Shown: in pieces, positions 25,477-38,903 of the stretch
Layout of the letters: every line of letters starts with the position of its first letter
Position numbering within the stretch: the first letter of the stretch is position 1
DNA from: Lytechinus pictus
Lineage: Eukaryota
Direction of reading: 5' to 3'
Assembly (NCBI RefSeq): GCF_037042905.1
Contig: NC_087249.1
Location: forward strand, 8,000,001-8,064,000
Length of the DNA stretch: 64,000 bases
Position numbers and translations under genes: made by a program
The notes under the pieces: model-generated
Told to the model about the DNA's origin: nothing
The model's database searches: none
The model's input: only the letters and a program-made list of their open reading frames with translations

Positions 25477-27841
25477 CTATAGAATCAATCTTGATTGTAA
25501 ATTTTTAAAGGGAATTAATTTGACATTTCTTATTAAATAAGGTTTCTTGTGAATTTTACAGGCTATATGTACATATCACAGTCACTACATGTATGTGATG
25601 CCCACAAATCAGGGGCCAAAATGATATTTCATGTTTGGGCTATTTTCATTGCATATCTGTTCATTCTACATATATATCCTTTTGTACTGTAGCATATTTT
25701 AGGGCTGTATATCCCCTAACCCTACATTTTTTTTTGACTGCCACAAATTTTGTTTAGCATGGGTTCTCTCAAAGTCTTCTTTGGTGTACCAAGCTACCAG
25801 CACATTTCTTTACAAAGTTCCATAAATATTGAGGATAAAGTCTACAACACATACATGTAGTACAGAGTTGCACTTTTTATCTACATTCAAAACACACTCT
25901 TGTCTTTTAAAATTCATTCTACTGCATCTACATGAATCTACATTGTACAAGAGATGACAGGCATCAAAGTTTCTAAAAGTATAAAAATAAAAATACATAC
26001 TCTTAATTTTTTTTAAATTGATCTTCAATGATACTTTTAATAATGATTTTGAAGAGTCATCACTTTGTCATCATTTTTTCTTGTACATGTACATGCAGCT
26101 GTTGACCTCAATATTAATAGGCCTACAGTTTTTTTTAATTAACTTTCACCCACATACATGTAGGTGTGTACATTGTACATTATGTAGTTGGCATGGTCAT
26201 GACATTTGATTGGTGGCTTTAAACGGAACAAATCTTAGGATAATAATAGGATTATCATTCAGGAATCAGGGATTAAAGAACTTTGTATAAATTGACTTTT
26301 CCTGACCTTTAAAAGGGTGTGATTGACCCTGATAATCATGAAGTTTTTTAGCAGAGTTGATATTAAATATTAAATTCAATTAAAATCGTGAAGGCTGACA
26401 ACTTTAAGGTTTCTTGATTGCCCTAGCTGTTAAACTGTATACCACTAGAAGATTCCCAGAAACGTGCAGCCAATGGATGAATTATTACATGTAGGCCCAT
26501 ACATGTAATAGCCAAAAGACCTTTAGTTTCAAGCCATGATCTTGTACTTTTTACCCCCCCCCCCCCTCTCTCCACTTTTTTCACTCGGAAAGGAGGGGGC
26601 GTTTCAAGCCTTGATTTTATACATGTACTTCACCCCCCCCCCCCCACCACCAGCCTTTTTCCACTCAGAAAGGGGGGGGGGGCATTGTGCAATAATTTTT
26701 TTTTCATACAGGTGATTTTTAGTTTATGAATCTCTATGATCAATATGATATTGACAGCACTTTGCAGGATACATGTAATACTCCATTAAAGTACTGGATA
26801 TTTTATTCATGGCATCTGAAAACACAAGTCATTGACATTTAATACACCTCGCTGTAATACATGTATATTCATGAGCTTTTTTCCTGGTGAGCCATTGCTT
26901 TGATCTCGAGATGCTTTTGTAAATGTCAACATTTGCAGATCTTGCATAATATCCAAGTTTCCATGCAAAAGCTATTTCAGTGTGCACTGGCACGCAACAA
27001 ACATGGGAGCCTGTTTTCTGTATAAGAGCTGAACTCTCACAATGAATATTAATATTTTCACCTCAACTTTTTCCTTTTTTGTATAAAACAATTGCCCTTC
27101 GATGGAGGGACTGGGGTGATCAAGGAAGCAATTCTTGCGTTTTACTTTATTCAGTATATTCTGTTTGTTAGATAAGAAACAGGAACTGAAACAGTAAGGT
27201 GTTTCATGTAAGCCTATCTTATTCCAATAAGTTGTTTACTAGTTATTTTTGTATATGAAATAGAGAACACTCATATGGGGCACATTGGTAGAATTTCATC
27301 CAAATAAGAAATTCCAAAGTTTCACTTATTTTCACAAAATGGCCATATGCACAACATAAAGCAGAATGCAACAAGGGAACCAATGTGACGTCATACACTA
27401 CTGAGAATTTACCATATTGGAAATATATTCCTCCCATGAAATAACATGAGAGCAAGGTTTGATACCACCTTGAACATCTTAATAATTCATTCAAGAGTTT
27501 CTCTCCCATAGAATTCTACAAAATTGAAATATTTCATATAAATAAAATACAAAAGAAATTGTTGGTGCGCGACATCATTGACACTCTGATTTGTACATCA
27601 CTTGTGCTGCAACTTAAACCATTTTACATGTAATGCGATTAGTAATGTACAGGCATGATATTCTCGCGATTAAAATTCTGATTTTTTTCCAGATTTTTAT
27701 TTTTTTTACGTGAAATCCTTTCATGTTTTCATTTTTTGAAATTGTTTTATTTTATTGTATTTTATTTGTTTTGTCATTTCTTGCACCCATACTTACATGT
27801 ATTTCCTTTTTCTTTCTTTTTTTTCCTATGTGTAATTACAG

Positions 27842-27933
27842 CTCAGAAGATGGCTCAGGATGCCGCTGCTGAGGCTGCAGCCGAGCAGGTCAAGAAGGCT
27901 ATGGAGCAGCAGAACGCTGACAAGACCGATTAA
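27842..27933 (+). CDS. REEP5: REEP5/6 terminal coding exon (AQKMAQDAAAEAAAEQVKKAMEQQNADKTD*)
   Basis: Long polypyrimidine tract then tacag|; GC-rich block in AT-rich surroundings; in frame with exon 4; TAA at 27931-27933. Confidence 0.88.
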
Positions 27934-28555
27934 ACACCCTCCTACGCCAACACCCTACACAAGAGTCATTTTAGTACACAAGCCAGTTAGCCTTAACACC
28001 ACACTATTGCACCAAGCCATCTCATGTACATGCCGTGACTGAATATCTCCATAAACTGCTTTTTAATAACACTTGACATAAGTCATAAAGTAGTACACCA
28101 AAATGGCCTTACATGTACACCATACTTTAGCACCCAACACCATATTTTAGCACCCAATGCCATATGCATACATGTGTCACACTGTATGATAAAAAAAGAC
28201 AGAGCTAGCTATTATGAATGTAGATCTATAGCACTTTTCATTCAATGTATGGGGAAACCAGAGAAGTTAAACACTCTTTGTCTCAGTGCATAAATTCTAA
28301 TAGTCATGAGTATGTACTAAAAAGGCAGATGTTTCAGTGCTTAATATAGCAGTATGTAATTAGTCAGATATTGTATATAGCACGTTCTATCACTGTATAT
28401 TTTCATGGTCTTTGTAATTGAATGCAAATGTGTTATTGATTTTTGCGACCCTGTGCAGCGACCAAATTATTGACCGAGATATAAACAGTAAAAAAGCACC
28501 AGCCACCCCTAAACTTATTCTAATGGATTTGTTTTGTTAAAACTTCAGCATATAA

Positions 28556-28795
28556 TGGGTGATTTCATATGTTCAGTGTCAAAAGCTGGTGTTGGGTGTT
28601 GGGACACTTTACACCAATCATAACACCAAACTTGAAATGAGGTTAGTGCTATATATTGACATCACGTGGTGTTAAGCTAGTAATAATGTGATTGGTATCA
28701 CATTTGTAAACCCATATTCAGTGTTAAAGCTAGGTGAAGCTCTCTGACCACAGCACTTAACACCTAACTCCGACACTGTACTTTGAAATCACCCA
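28556..28795. mobile_element. Degenerate MITE in the putative REEP5 3' UTR
   Basis: ~38-bp imperfect TIRs TGGGTGATTTCA ... TGAAATCACCCA. Confidence 0.6.
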
Positions 28796-29223
28796 GTGCA
28801 CAGACAGGAAAGCACGCATTTGACATTAATGAGAGAAGAATCCGAGTACACCTTGACACTGCAAGTGTTTGCTTGGTTTTGACACCAATGGTTGATACAC
28901 TCAGAGTGCAATCGTCATTTTAGCTGGTATGTGAAATGTTTTTTTCCAAGAGTTTTCTGATCCTTTGTGAGTAAGTTCGTGATGTATTCAATATGCAGTG
29001 ATAGACAGATTTTATTTCTGTTGCAAATGTCATTTTGCAGTGAGCCCGGTCGGTCGTATTATCGATATCATGCATGATCTGTTTTGTCTAGGTGTGAGTG
29101 TGTGTGCTATGAGTAGATTTGGGATTCAAGCCTTGCTTGGTGTGAGTTAATTTATATGGCATAAACATTTCATGAATGGATTGTACAAGGAAACAGATAT
29201 GCTTTCTTATATAAAACCATGTT

Positions 29224-29229
29224 AATAAA
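29224..29229 (+). promoter_or_regulatory. Possible REEP5 polyadenylation signal (AATAAA); a more distal candidate near 32348
   Basis: Hexamer about 1.3 kb after the stop; true 3' end cannot be fixed from sequence. Confidence 0.25.
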
Positions 29230-31779
29230 TACACTTCCTTGTAACAAAAAAAGTTTCAACAATTCCACTTCTGAATTTGAAGTACATGTACCTCCAAACT
29301 TGATATATATTCAGTGATTACATATTTTATATGGATCAATTTTCATTCATTGTTAGATAATTTGCCAGATATAGATTTCGGAGAACTTAAAGTCAAGACA
29401 ATTATCATGCATAATGTAAATGTATGTATATAATTTTTGAATACTTCAAAAGTAGATTGTGATTGAGGAAGAAAAACTCTAAAAACATACAAAAAAAACT
29501 ATGTATACTACGAAGACACGGCACTTAGTGCATATGCATAATGATTTAGTTGCAATTTATTTCCTTTACCTTAGTAAATTAAAATCTTAAAGACGATTTC
29601 TCTTTTTTTCTTCAGATCTTTTTATAAAAAGAATCTTATTTCTCTTTCTAGCTCATTACTTGTCTTGTTCAGTGTTTTCTATTAATTGACTGATTTATAT
29701 TGATGTACAAATTCTGTCACATGTTTTGTTATTGGCAACTTGCAGTTTAGTGTGGTATATATTAAGCTATAAATTGTAGCGATAATGTGATACATTGTGT
29801 ATAATATCATGCTTTGTATACTGGGGAAAATGCCAAGGGATGATAATGACACATACATGTAGACCCGATCCGATTATTGTCACATTATTATGCATGTAGT
29901 TTAGGACTTACAAGGACTGTATATTTGTAGACATTCCAGTATCAGAGTACCATAGCTTAATCCTTGCTTCATTTGAACCAGAGGGGCATTAGTTCAATGC
30001 AATACACGTGGTACAGACTAATGCCCTTCTAGCTCTTACCAGGCAATATCGCTAATTAACAGGTAGTAGCATCCTATCACTTTGTTACATTAGAATTAGA
30101 GTTATGCACAACAAACTAAAGGGGGGGGGGATGGGATATGACAGATTACATATAAGAAATAATGTCACTGCAAGATTTACATAGTTAGCATTAGACGCGT
30201 GTAGGTATTCTTGATATATTTGTATAGTTTGTGTTGATCTTCATGTATTCTTACAGAATAATCATTTGCAAAATTATTCTGTATGTTTACAAGTTCTTGA
30301 GGGTGTGTCGAAGCAGATAGAGGTTTCAGTCGTTGGTATTAAGCATTATTCAATTACAGATACATGGATGGAAATTGTGAACAGAATCATGTATCCGAAC
30401 AGGTGTTAGAAGAAGGTTCAAAGCGTAATTATCCTGATTAATCCACTTTAACTTATTTCATTAAAACTAGATCAAAAGTATTCTCGTAAATTTTGAGAAT
30501 TGTTTTATTTTAATTTTGATTATTAGATAACTATTTTATGGCATCAACAAGAAATGAAAATCGGACCTTGTAGGAATTTCTCTAACAGGTGTGAATATGA
30601 CAATGTTTGTTTCTTTATCTTCTCATGAATGTTACTGTAGGAAATTAATTGAAATTTGGAGGAAAAAACTATATTAAAAAAATTTGGTATGGAGTAATTA
30701 AAAGTATTTGGTGGAAAATTAATTTTTTTGTGTGGATTGAGTTTGTAATGTAGTCTATTACCACTTGGTCTAAGATTCACAATCCGAGATCAAATATTAC
30801 TGTGGTGAAACGTATGAGGTCTTTCTAGTTTGGTCTAACTTCCATTTGGTCCAATGGGTACAATCCCCACTTGGTCTAAAATATGCTTTGTGGCTGCCTG
30901 TTTAAAGGAGAAGTTTACCTTGATCAGATTAATAAAAGCATTAATGAATGATAAGTTTAATAAAAAGCAGAAAGAAAGGATTTTTTTTAAATGTTGGTGA
31001 ATGTTTGATCAAATCCATCAAGAATAGCAGAGTTATGAATTTTGAAAGATTTAATTTTATGATGTCACAGACGAGGAGCCCCTCCATTTGTTGTGTGATA
31101 CAAATTTTTTTAATGCATTTTTCTATAAAAAAAAATGAAAGCAATTTTATTTGTGCTGTGAATATATATTCAAACACATGTTATACCCTTGTGTATAAGA
31201 AAATATATGTATTCATCATGTTCCATTTGAAAAATGAATTTATGGAATTTAGATTACACTTTATATTGTGGGAGCTGCTGGCATAGGGCATCAAAAAATA
31301 AAACTTAACTCTTATTATTTGATGTATTTTCATCAAACCATCACCTATACTTTTCTCTTGATTTTTCTGTTTTATTAAATACAACTTTTTGTTTGAGTTT
31401 TATTGGTTTTACAATCACAAACATAATCGCGATATTTATATATTGGTATAATTAATGGGAAAAACAATGCAATAGCAAGGTAATAACAGTAATAATAAGC
31501 ATTAAAAAAAGTAAGTGACAGGAAGAACATACATTTTGAAGAAAAAGAATATAAAAAGATCAGCCAGCCACCGCAGATTATCTAGCATTATTGAATTCAA
31601 CTTATTGTCAGGGTGATCTTCTCCTTCAGTGATCAAAATGTCTAATAGGAATAGGCACTTTGTCTGCTTGGTTGTCCACTATCATTGGGTGATCATTTGG
31701 ACTATGACTAGTTTATCTTCAAATAGATTAATTCTAGAAATCATGGCGAATTCTGATACCATGGTACCGCCGGGTTCTG

Positions 31780-32161
31780 CAGACCTGCCAACCAGTACGT
31801 TTTAGCCGTATTTAGTACGTTTTTTTTTTTTTTTACTAAATCGTAATTTATTGAGAAAAATAATCTCTATATGTCTCTATTTCATAAAACGTACACAAAT
31901 ATGGTTATTAGATCAATGTAATTTCAGGTAACTTGTTTTTTTTTCAATCATTTTGTTAAAACCAGGGTGACGATATACACATGTTTTAATGTTTTTTTTT
32001 TCATCTGCAAGAGCAGTGCGCATTTTAGCTTGCATGCAGCTTGAGCGCCGCGATGAGCAAGTGCGCCAAGCATTTTATTATGAAATACACTTTTTTGGGG
32101 AAAAATACATTTTTTTAAATCACAGAATACAGTTTTTCATTCCCAGAGGTTGGCAGGTCTG
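31780..32161. mobile_element. hAT-like MITE with 6-bp TSD
   Basis: GTTCTG|CAGACCTGCCAACC ... GGTTGGCAGGTCTG|GTTCTG. Confidence 0.75.
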
Positions 32162-32921
32162 GTTCTGTAACAGTTATATGAAATGTGACAAGCCACCTTA
32201 AAGCCAACAAACAATAAGTCACCAGGGAATGTTCTCTGTAAATAGCAAAAATAGCACATTGGACTTCAAAAAGCACAAATTAGAAAATTAGCTTATCTGA
32301 AAAACAATTCTTCTTCATACCGTACTGTCAAAATTTGAATTGTAAATCAATAAAAGACGAGGCACAAACGTTTCCTTGACAACATTTTTTTCCCGGACCG
32401 CCTGGAATTTTCACTGAGATGGCATAGTGTGCACATCTCGTGCTTGAGTGAACCCTCAATTTCAAGCCTTGTTCAGTGTTGACAAGTCATATATCCTAGA
32501 ACTAAGAATGTATTCTTTCAACTCCAATGACAATCTCAAAATGAATTTAGGGCGACTTATTGTTGGTCTTGGGTGGCTGGCTGGTCACAAATACTTTATG
32601 TGAAGTAGTTGTTGACAAAACAAAATGAGACTAAGCAAGTTGGATAGTAGAAAATGTTCCGATTCTACCAAATGGTTATTAGACTAGATGGATTAACTCT
32701 TATGAATTGTAATATTTTCTTGTATTACAGAAATTATTTGTAGACAGGTACTGGAAAATGATCTCTGATATGGAAAAAAAATCCTCAACAGACTAGATTG
32801 ACTAGGTTGATTAGAGATGACAAAAAAAAAGAAGATAGAGTAAATGGAAAGAAAGAAGGAAAGAGTAAGATTTTGAGGGAGGAGGGAAGGAAAAATGGGA
32901 GTAAAAGTTTGATAAGTGACC

Positions 32922-33052
32922 AGGGGCACGTAACACAAAGCTTAGCAATGATCTTAGAACATTTTTCTATGATTGATTCCATTGACTACAATGTACAATC
33001 AATCGTGAAAATCAAGCTTACGATTAATCGCTAATCTTTGTGTTATGGGACT
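32922..33052. mobile_element. ~130-bp Harbinger-like MITE; relatives near 8265-8398 and 39030-39160
   Basis: GGGGCACGTAACACAAAG ... CTTTGTGTTATGGGAC ends; similar interiors. Confidence 0.55.
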
Positions 33053-33136
33053 CAGAAGAATTTAAAAAATCCAGACATATAATTATTTTTTTTATGTACC
33101 GACATGTTCTTACCTGGTAAATGAGCCTGCATATGC

Positions 33137-34872
33137 CAGGTGTTTCTCAAAAAAAGGTATCCAAAGTTCAGATGTGGCTAGTTTAAGAATAATGGTTTAA
33201 ACTAGTGATGTCTTTACTAGAATACATCAGCTTTAATTTGACACTTTGCTTGCATCACACACTTGGCATGGCCAACAGAGGAATGGTTCTTTCAAGGTGA
33301 AGGGCACAAACCCTACATTTCCAAGTTTTGGTTTGTGAAGTACGAAATTAATTTTTTTTGGGGGAGGGTCATTGGAAGTTTTCACAGCAAGTTGCAATGA
33401 AAACTTGTTCTCCTGTGCTAATTTTTGTGAGAGAATCTAATGATATATAAATGGTGTGTATAATGTAGATGTTATCTTTGTTGAGCACATTCATTTTATT
33501 GAATAATGGCATTGATTGCTACATTTCATCTAGCAGTGTAATTCCCTGCTGCCCACATGCTTCTGAATGACTGACATTGTTTCATTATCATGTATCAGTA
33601 AATTCCAGCTGCAATGTCAGGAAAGCACAGACACATATTCTTCTTAAAGAATTGTATTGCTATGCTACATTGCTCTGTAACGGCCTATTGCTCTGGCAAC
33701 AATTAAGGTCAAGTGAGTAAGTATTACTTTCATAGTTGTGACCGAGTCTTCAAGTGGGACATGTGCATTCTTGGATGTAAGAGGGAACAGCAAATGATAT
33801 CTGATCATGGTGCAACTTACAGTTCAGCAAGGACATTTGTGGTGACAACATTGCACTGAACCAGTACAGCATAATGGATACCAGGGAAGCATTCTGAGCA
33901 CAGTGCCCAGAAAGAAATGCTCTATCTAGAAAGACTACCTGGGCAAAACACTGGTAATTCTGGCAGGTGGAGGGGTGGTAGATGCCTACATGTAGACAAC
34001 ATAGAGGCTGTCAGGAGATGACTGAAGGCCCATCCAAAGACCATAACTGTAATTACAGTGTATTCTTCAACAAAAACACGAATGGTGGCATGTACTTGGA
34101 CTTGATCGATGATGACATTGTGCCCCAGCTGGAAGAAAACTTGAAAGACTGTATCAAGGATTGTTCCATCGCCTTTATTGTTGACAGGATGGTGCTCCAG
34201 CTCACTGTCTTTGAGCTATCCCTGAGAGGCTGATTTGGTCAATGCATGATGGCCCTCAAGCATGATCGAAGTTTAATGGCCTGCATGATCTCCTGAATTG
34301 ACATTCTGCAACATTTCCTCTGGAGATATCCAAGTAGCAGGGAATACACATCCCCGCCACTTGATCTGGACAACTTGCAGGCATGTATTCGGCAGGAGAC
34401 TGATGTTTTTCGCCATGACTGATCCCACAGTGATTAGAAGAGATGTGCAAGACAAGACATTTGCAGTTTTGTGACGACAAGGGAGGTGGACACGTCAATG
34501 AGGAATTGGTGTATAAGGTAAGAGCTGAAATTCACTGAATGATGTGCCCAGACGCATGTGTAAATTACAGTCACTCGCAAAAAGTTAAGAGAGGGAGTGG
34601 CATTTCATTACACCTTGGTGTGAGAAACAAATAGACAATAAAACCAAAAACTTACAGAAAAGTTGGTTTCGTACTTTACAAACATAAAACATTGAGAAAG
34701 AAGGTCTTGTCCCCTCCACCTTCAAAGGTCCATAACTGTGTGATCTGTATAATGATGTAAGCAAGGTGTTCAAATTAAAGCTGACAAATTACTTTGTATT
34801 GTGGTTTTTCTTAAGAATTAACTATGCATTCTTGACCTTTGAACTTTGGTTACCTGTTTAAGAGACGCCATT
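33137..34872 (+). mobile_element. Fossil Tc1/mariner-superfamily transposon with a disrupted transposase
   Basis: QDGAPAH at 34185-34205; WPA*SPELT at 34277; FFNKNTNGGMYLDLIDDDIVPQL; MVQLTVQQ at 33807; degenerate long TIRs (AGGTATCCAAAGTTCA / TGAACTTTGGTTACCT); stops and frameshifts. Confidence 0.85.
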
Positions 34873-37371
34873 TAGGCCTATATGAATATGAGCCCTTGGG
34901 AAATATGTGTTGTGTCATCAGGATTAATGTTTTGAGCCAGACATGTATAACAGAAAAGCAAATAGAAGTCGGTGTGAGTCAGTGCTGCAATGATCTGTTA
35001 ATCAACCAACACGCTTCCTTTAACTTGACCTGAAAGTTACCAGGCTGCCGGCAACACGACTTTCCTGCAATCAAGGATGTATTCTTTGTCTGTGTAAATA
35101 TTTGCAACATTACAGGAAGTTTGTGCACTTGATTGTTATGCTGAGGAACTGTAGGATACCACCCCAGAGCGATTGTGTCCATGTTGATAGAGAGAGCGAG
35201 GAAGACCGGAGGGGGGGGGGTAAAGAGAGAGGGATCCAGAGACAGAAGGAGGGGTGGCCGAAGAAATAGAGATGGAGAGAGAAAAGGTGAGAAAGTGAAA
35301 GGGAGTAGGGATAGAGATGGATGATGACAGAAGTAGAGATAGAAAGAGAGAGAGATAGGGTGAGAAGAGAAGTACAGAAAGAAAGGAGAGATAAGGAAGA
35401 GGATCGAAGATAGAGAGGGAGAGATCGAGTGGGGGTGTTATAGTGGAGGGTAAATGAGAGTTTAAAGGAGAAGAAAAAGCCCTGAATCAATATTTTACCC
35501 CTCAAGTTTCGGTCGAAAATTGGATGGATTAAACATAGAATATTACATAAAGTGAGAAAAATAGAAGTTCAGACTCGAGAAAGAACTGGAGAGAGAGAGA
35601 AAGACCTACCTGAACCATATACATGTATCTGAACTAATTTAGGGGAAATGATGCGCATCCTGTGTGAATGAATCTTCCTAAACGGTTAGATGAGGTCAAA
35701 CAGTGACCTCTGGGAAACCTGGGCTGTGAAGGGTATGATTGCCTGGTACATCAGGGCACTGGAACATAAAATATGTGATCAGAAAAGATACTCTCAATAT
35801 ATGATTAATCATAAGTGAAAGTCTAAATGAGAAATCATGTGCAGTATGTTACCATCTATTTTGAATGTTGATAAGATCTGCTTTATAGTTACACTGAAAT
35901 ATGAGCGGATGCCATAGACTTTCATATTTGAGCAATTATCAAAGCAAGAAAATTTGCCAGCGATGCTGCAAGTCCAAGCCAGCCAGCTTGGCATGAGATC
36001 AATCTTCACCCTACTACCAGCACCATTACTTTATTGTGTATCATTTTTCCTTCATTCTAGATCTGACAAACTAACTGTAAACAAATTTTTAACACTGTAG
36101 CATACAGTCTTTCTATAATACTTGCAACCATGCTTGGTGGCTCAGTGGTAGAGTGCCTGCCTTATTAATAGGTTATGGGTTCAATCCTGGTTAAGTCATG
36201 ATAAAAAGACTTTAAAATATGACCTTCTGTCTTCTTTTCAGGTGCTCAACGTTTCAGAATTAGAACTAAAGGGTCCTAATAATGCATTGCCTGCTAGGAG
36301 GACAGTTAATTAGAGCTCAAGTGGTATACTTCGGGTAAAAGAATTATAATTACAACTTATATGTTAAACTTATTTAGTGTTTAACTTCAATTAAAGTCAT
36401 TTCAAAGATGCAAATGTTTCAATGTGATGGTTTACTAACAGGAAAAAAAAATACAGGCAGAGAAAAATGTCCTAATTTCAGGGTAATATACAAATTCATT
36501 TCTTTTCCAAATTACGTGAGGGGGGATCAAGGAGTTCATAAATGAGGGGCACAGCCATTAATACAAAAATACTGTCAATAAAATTAGTAATTACCTGTCA
36601 TTGTAAGACTTCATTTGAGATTGATTTTTATACCTGAATTGGACTTGCGATCAATTGTAACTTTTGTGCAATACCCCCTATTCGGAGGGATGTTTATATT
36701 CTATATATCAACATTGAGGTGAATTGAAATTATATTGTACAGTCAAACACGGAATAAAATCCTTTCGGAGGTAGGACTAAAAAGTACATGTATCTAGGCT
36801 TATTGCTAGTTATGAAGCCATTCCATAGAAATTAATGTAAAGATAAAAAATTCAACAACAAAGACATTTAAATAAAAATTACTTTTTGTAAGAACAGAAA
36901 CAGGAAACTGAAGAACACATTGATGATTGACAATTAAACTTCTGCTTATTTTAGCATGATTTTAGTAATTGATTTCTTATGAAAAAGAAAGCAAGTACGA
37001 TTATTCCATTACTGAGCAAACTCAAACACTTTTTGTCTGAAAAAGTTCATTGCACCTTTGTCATTTAATTCATTTGAAAACTAGACTATTAATCATTTAA
37101 TACACGGAGAACCATTTGACAATTTGACCCCATTAAACTTCTTTGAAGCGGACACAAAATAGTTAATATACAGATTAAAGATAATCATATTTGCTCATTT
37201 AGTTTGGCTCATTTTAGATAACAAATTGTTGCAGATGAATTATTGACTTACAGTATTTGGATTACACCAATCTACCATGATTGATCTCCTCTTTTGTTTG
37301 TTAATTTGTATTGCTTTTGATTTGTCATCTTATATTTGAAATCATTCTCGTCCTTTTCCCTCCTCTCCAAT

Positions 37372-37590
37372 GCCATCACCAATGTCATCATAAGCATACT
37401 GCTACCACCATCATCAGCATCATCATCACCATCGTCACCACTATCATCGTCATCACCATCGCCACCACCACCATCATCATCATCATCATCATCACCATCA
37501 TCATCAGCAACATCATCATCAACATCATCATCACATCATCATCATCATCACCATCGTCATTATCGTCATCACCATCACCACCACCACGGT
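37372..37590. repeat. (CAT/CAC)n trinucleotide low-complexity repeat
   Basis: Directly visible; source of the poly-I/S/H/M ORFs. Confidence 0.95.
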
Positions 37591-38767
37591 CAATCAATAT
37601 CCTTCATCTCCTTTTCCTAATTCTTATTTCTCATTATTGACTCATACCAATTCAGGTTCCATAATTTTTAATTACATTCTCAACCCTAATTAACACCAAT
37701 GGTCTTTACTTAAATCGCTTCCTTAAAACCACAGGGGATCATTTTACATGCTCCTGTTATATTCCCTTAACAAGCAAAGTAAATCAATTAATGACCTCAA
37801 GTATTTCCTTTTACAAACTTCCTTTGCATCATGATATCAATTGAAGGCTTTTGGCCAATTTGGGACAGTCTACCAAGGAAGACGAAAGAAGCCATTCAGT
37901 CAATAATACTTAAAACATTGATTTTCATTTTATAATTTCACCCCCTATATTTTTGTACTCTTCCAACATCATCCAGGTAGGCCTATAACATGGTTAAATC
38001 TCTAATAAATTCAAGCAAACAATAATCCGGGCAATAATCAGAGTAAATAATAATTGAGAATTTAAAAAAGGAGTAAGAACATGTTCTCGAGACAGAGAAT
38101 GGGAGTGTTATTATAACAAAGTTCTTGTATCAGCATGTAAAAGTAAATTGGACAAAACTGGATTTGCATTATTCACCTCATACAGTGCTATCCGTAAATC
38201 ATAAATTGGAACTCTTTGTACATTTACCCACTAGTGTAACTTATGGAGGGTAGGTTATCAGGGGGGGGGGGTACATTTCCTTATTTTGCAATTGATGGAT
38301 TTATTTTGGATGGGGGGGGGGGCATATCACCCTTTTTCCCATACCTTGGTTGTATTATTGTTTGTTCATATATTGTTCACCTATATATACATACATTTAT
38401 TTTGTTTCCTTAGCAATTCATTCTCTTTCTCTCTCTCTGTTTCCCTCTCTCTCACCAAGTCTCTCACATCCTCTCTGTGTGTGGGTGGGGGTGTGAGTGT
38501 GGGGTGTGTGTGTGTACGCATGTCTCTATCAGTCTCTCTCTCCTCTTAATTCTCTCATTTTTACATGAATGAAAAAAGGGATAGTTGTCATCATCAAAAT
38601 AAAACAACAAAAAACTTATAAAATCAACTTGCAGGTTCCTTGATATTGCACCAGCGACAATATTGCTCCGATGGAAAATTGGCATGTTGAGCGAAACATA
38701 AAACCAAACCTCCAAAACTAAATCAACCATAATCCCTATCTTTATATTATTCTGAACCAAAAACTCT

Positions 38768-38903
38768 ATCAATATCCTTCTCTAACCAGGGTAAATGTCA
38801 CCAGAGCAAATATCCTTCTCTAACCGGGGTAAATTAATGTCGCCAGAGCAAATGTCAATATCCTTCTCTAACCGGGATAAATGTCGCCAGAGAAAATGTC
38901 GTA
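38768..38903. repeat. Three tandem copies of a ~40-50-bp unit
   Basis: AATATCCTTCTCTAACC.GG.TAAAT..GTC.CCAGAG x3. Confidence 0.85.

Noticed and set aside
27916..27933. Di-lysine ER-retrieval signal at the REEP5 C-terminus
   Set aside because: NADKTD has Lys only at -3, so it is neither KKxx nor KxKxx
35180..35480. 131-aa Leu/Ser-rich ORF
   Set aside because: Antisense translation of a GA-rich low-complexity tract
37311..37640. Poly-His/Ser/Ile/Met ORFs
   Set aside because: Translations of a (CAT)n repeat
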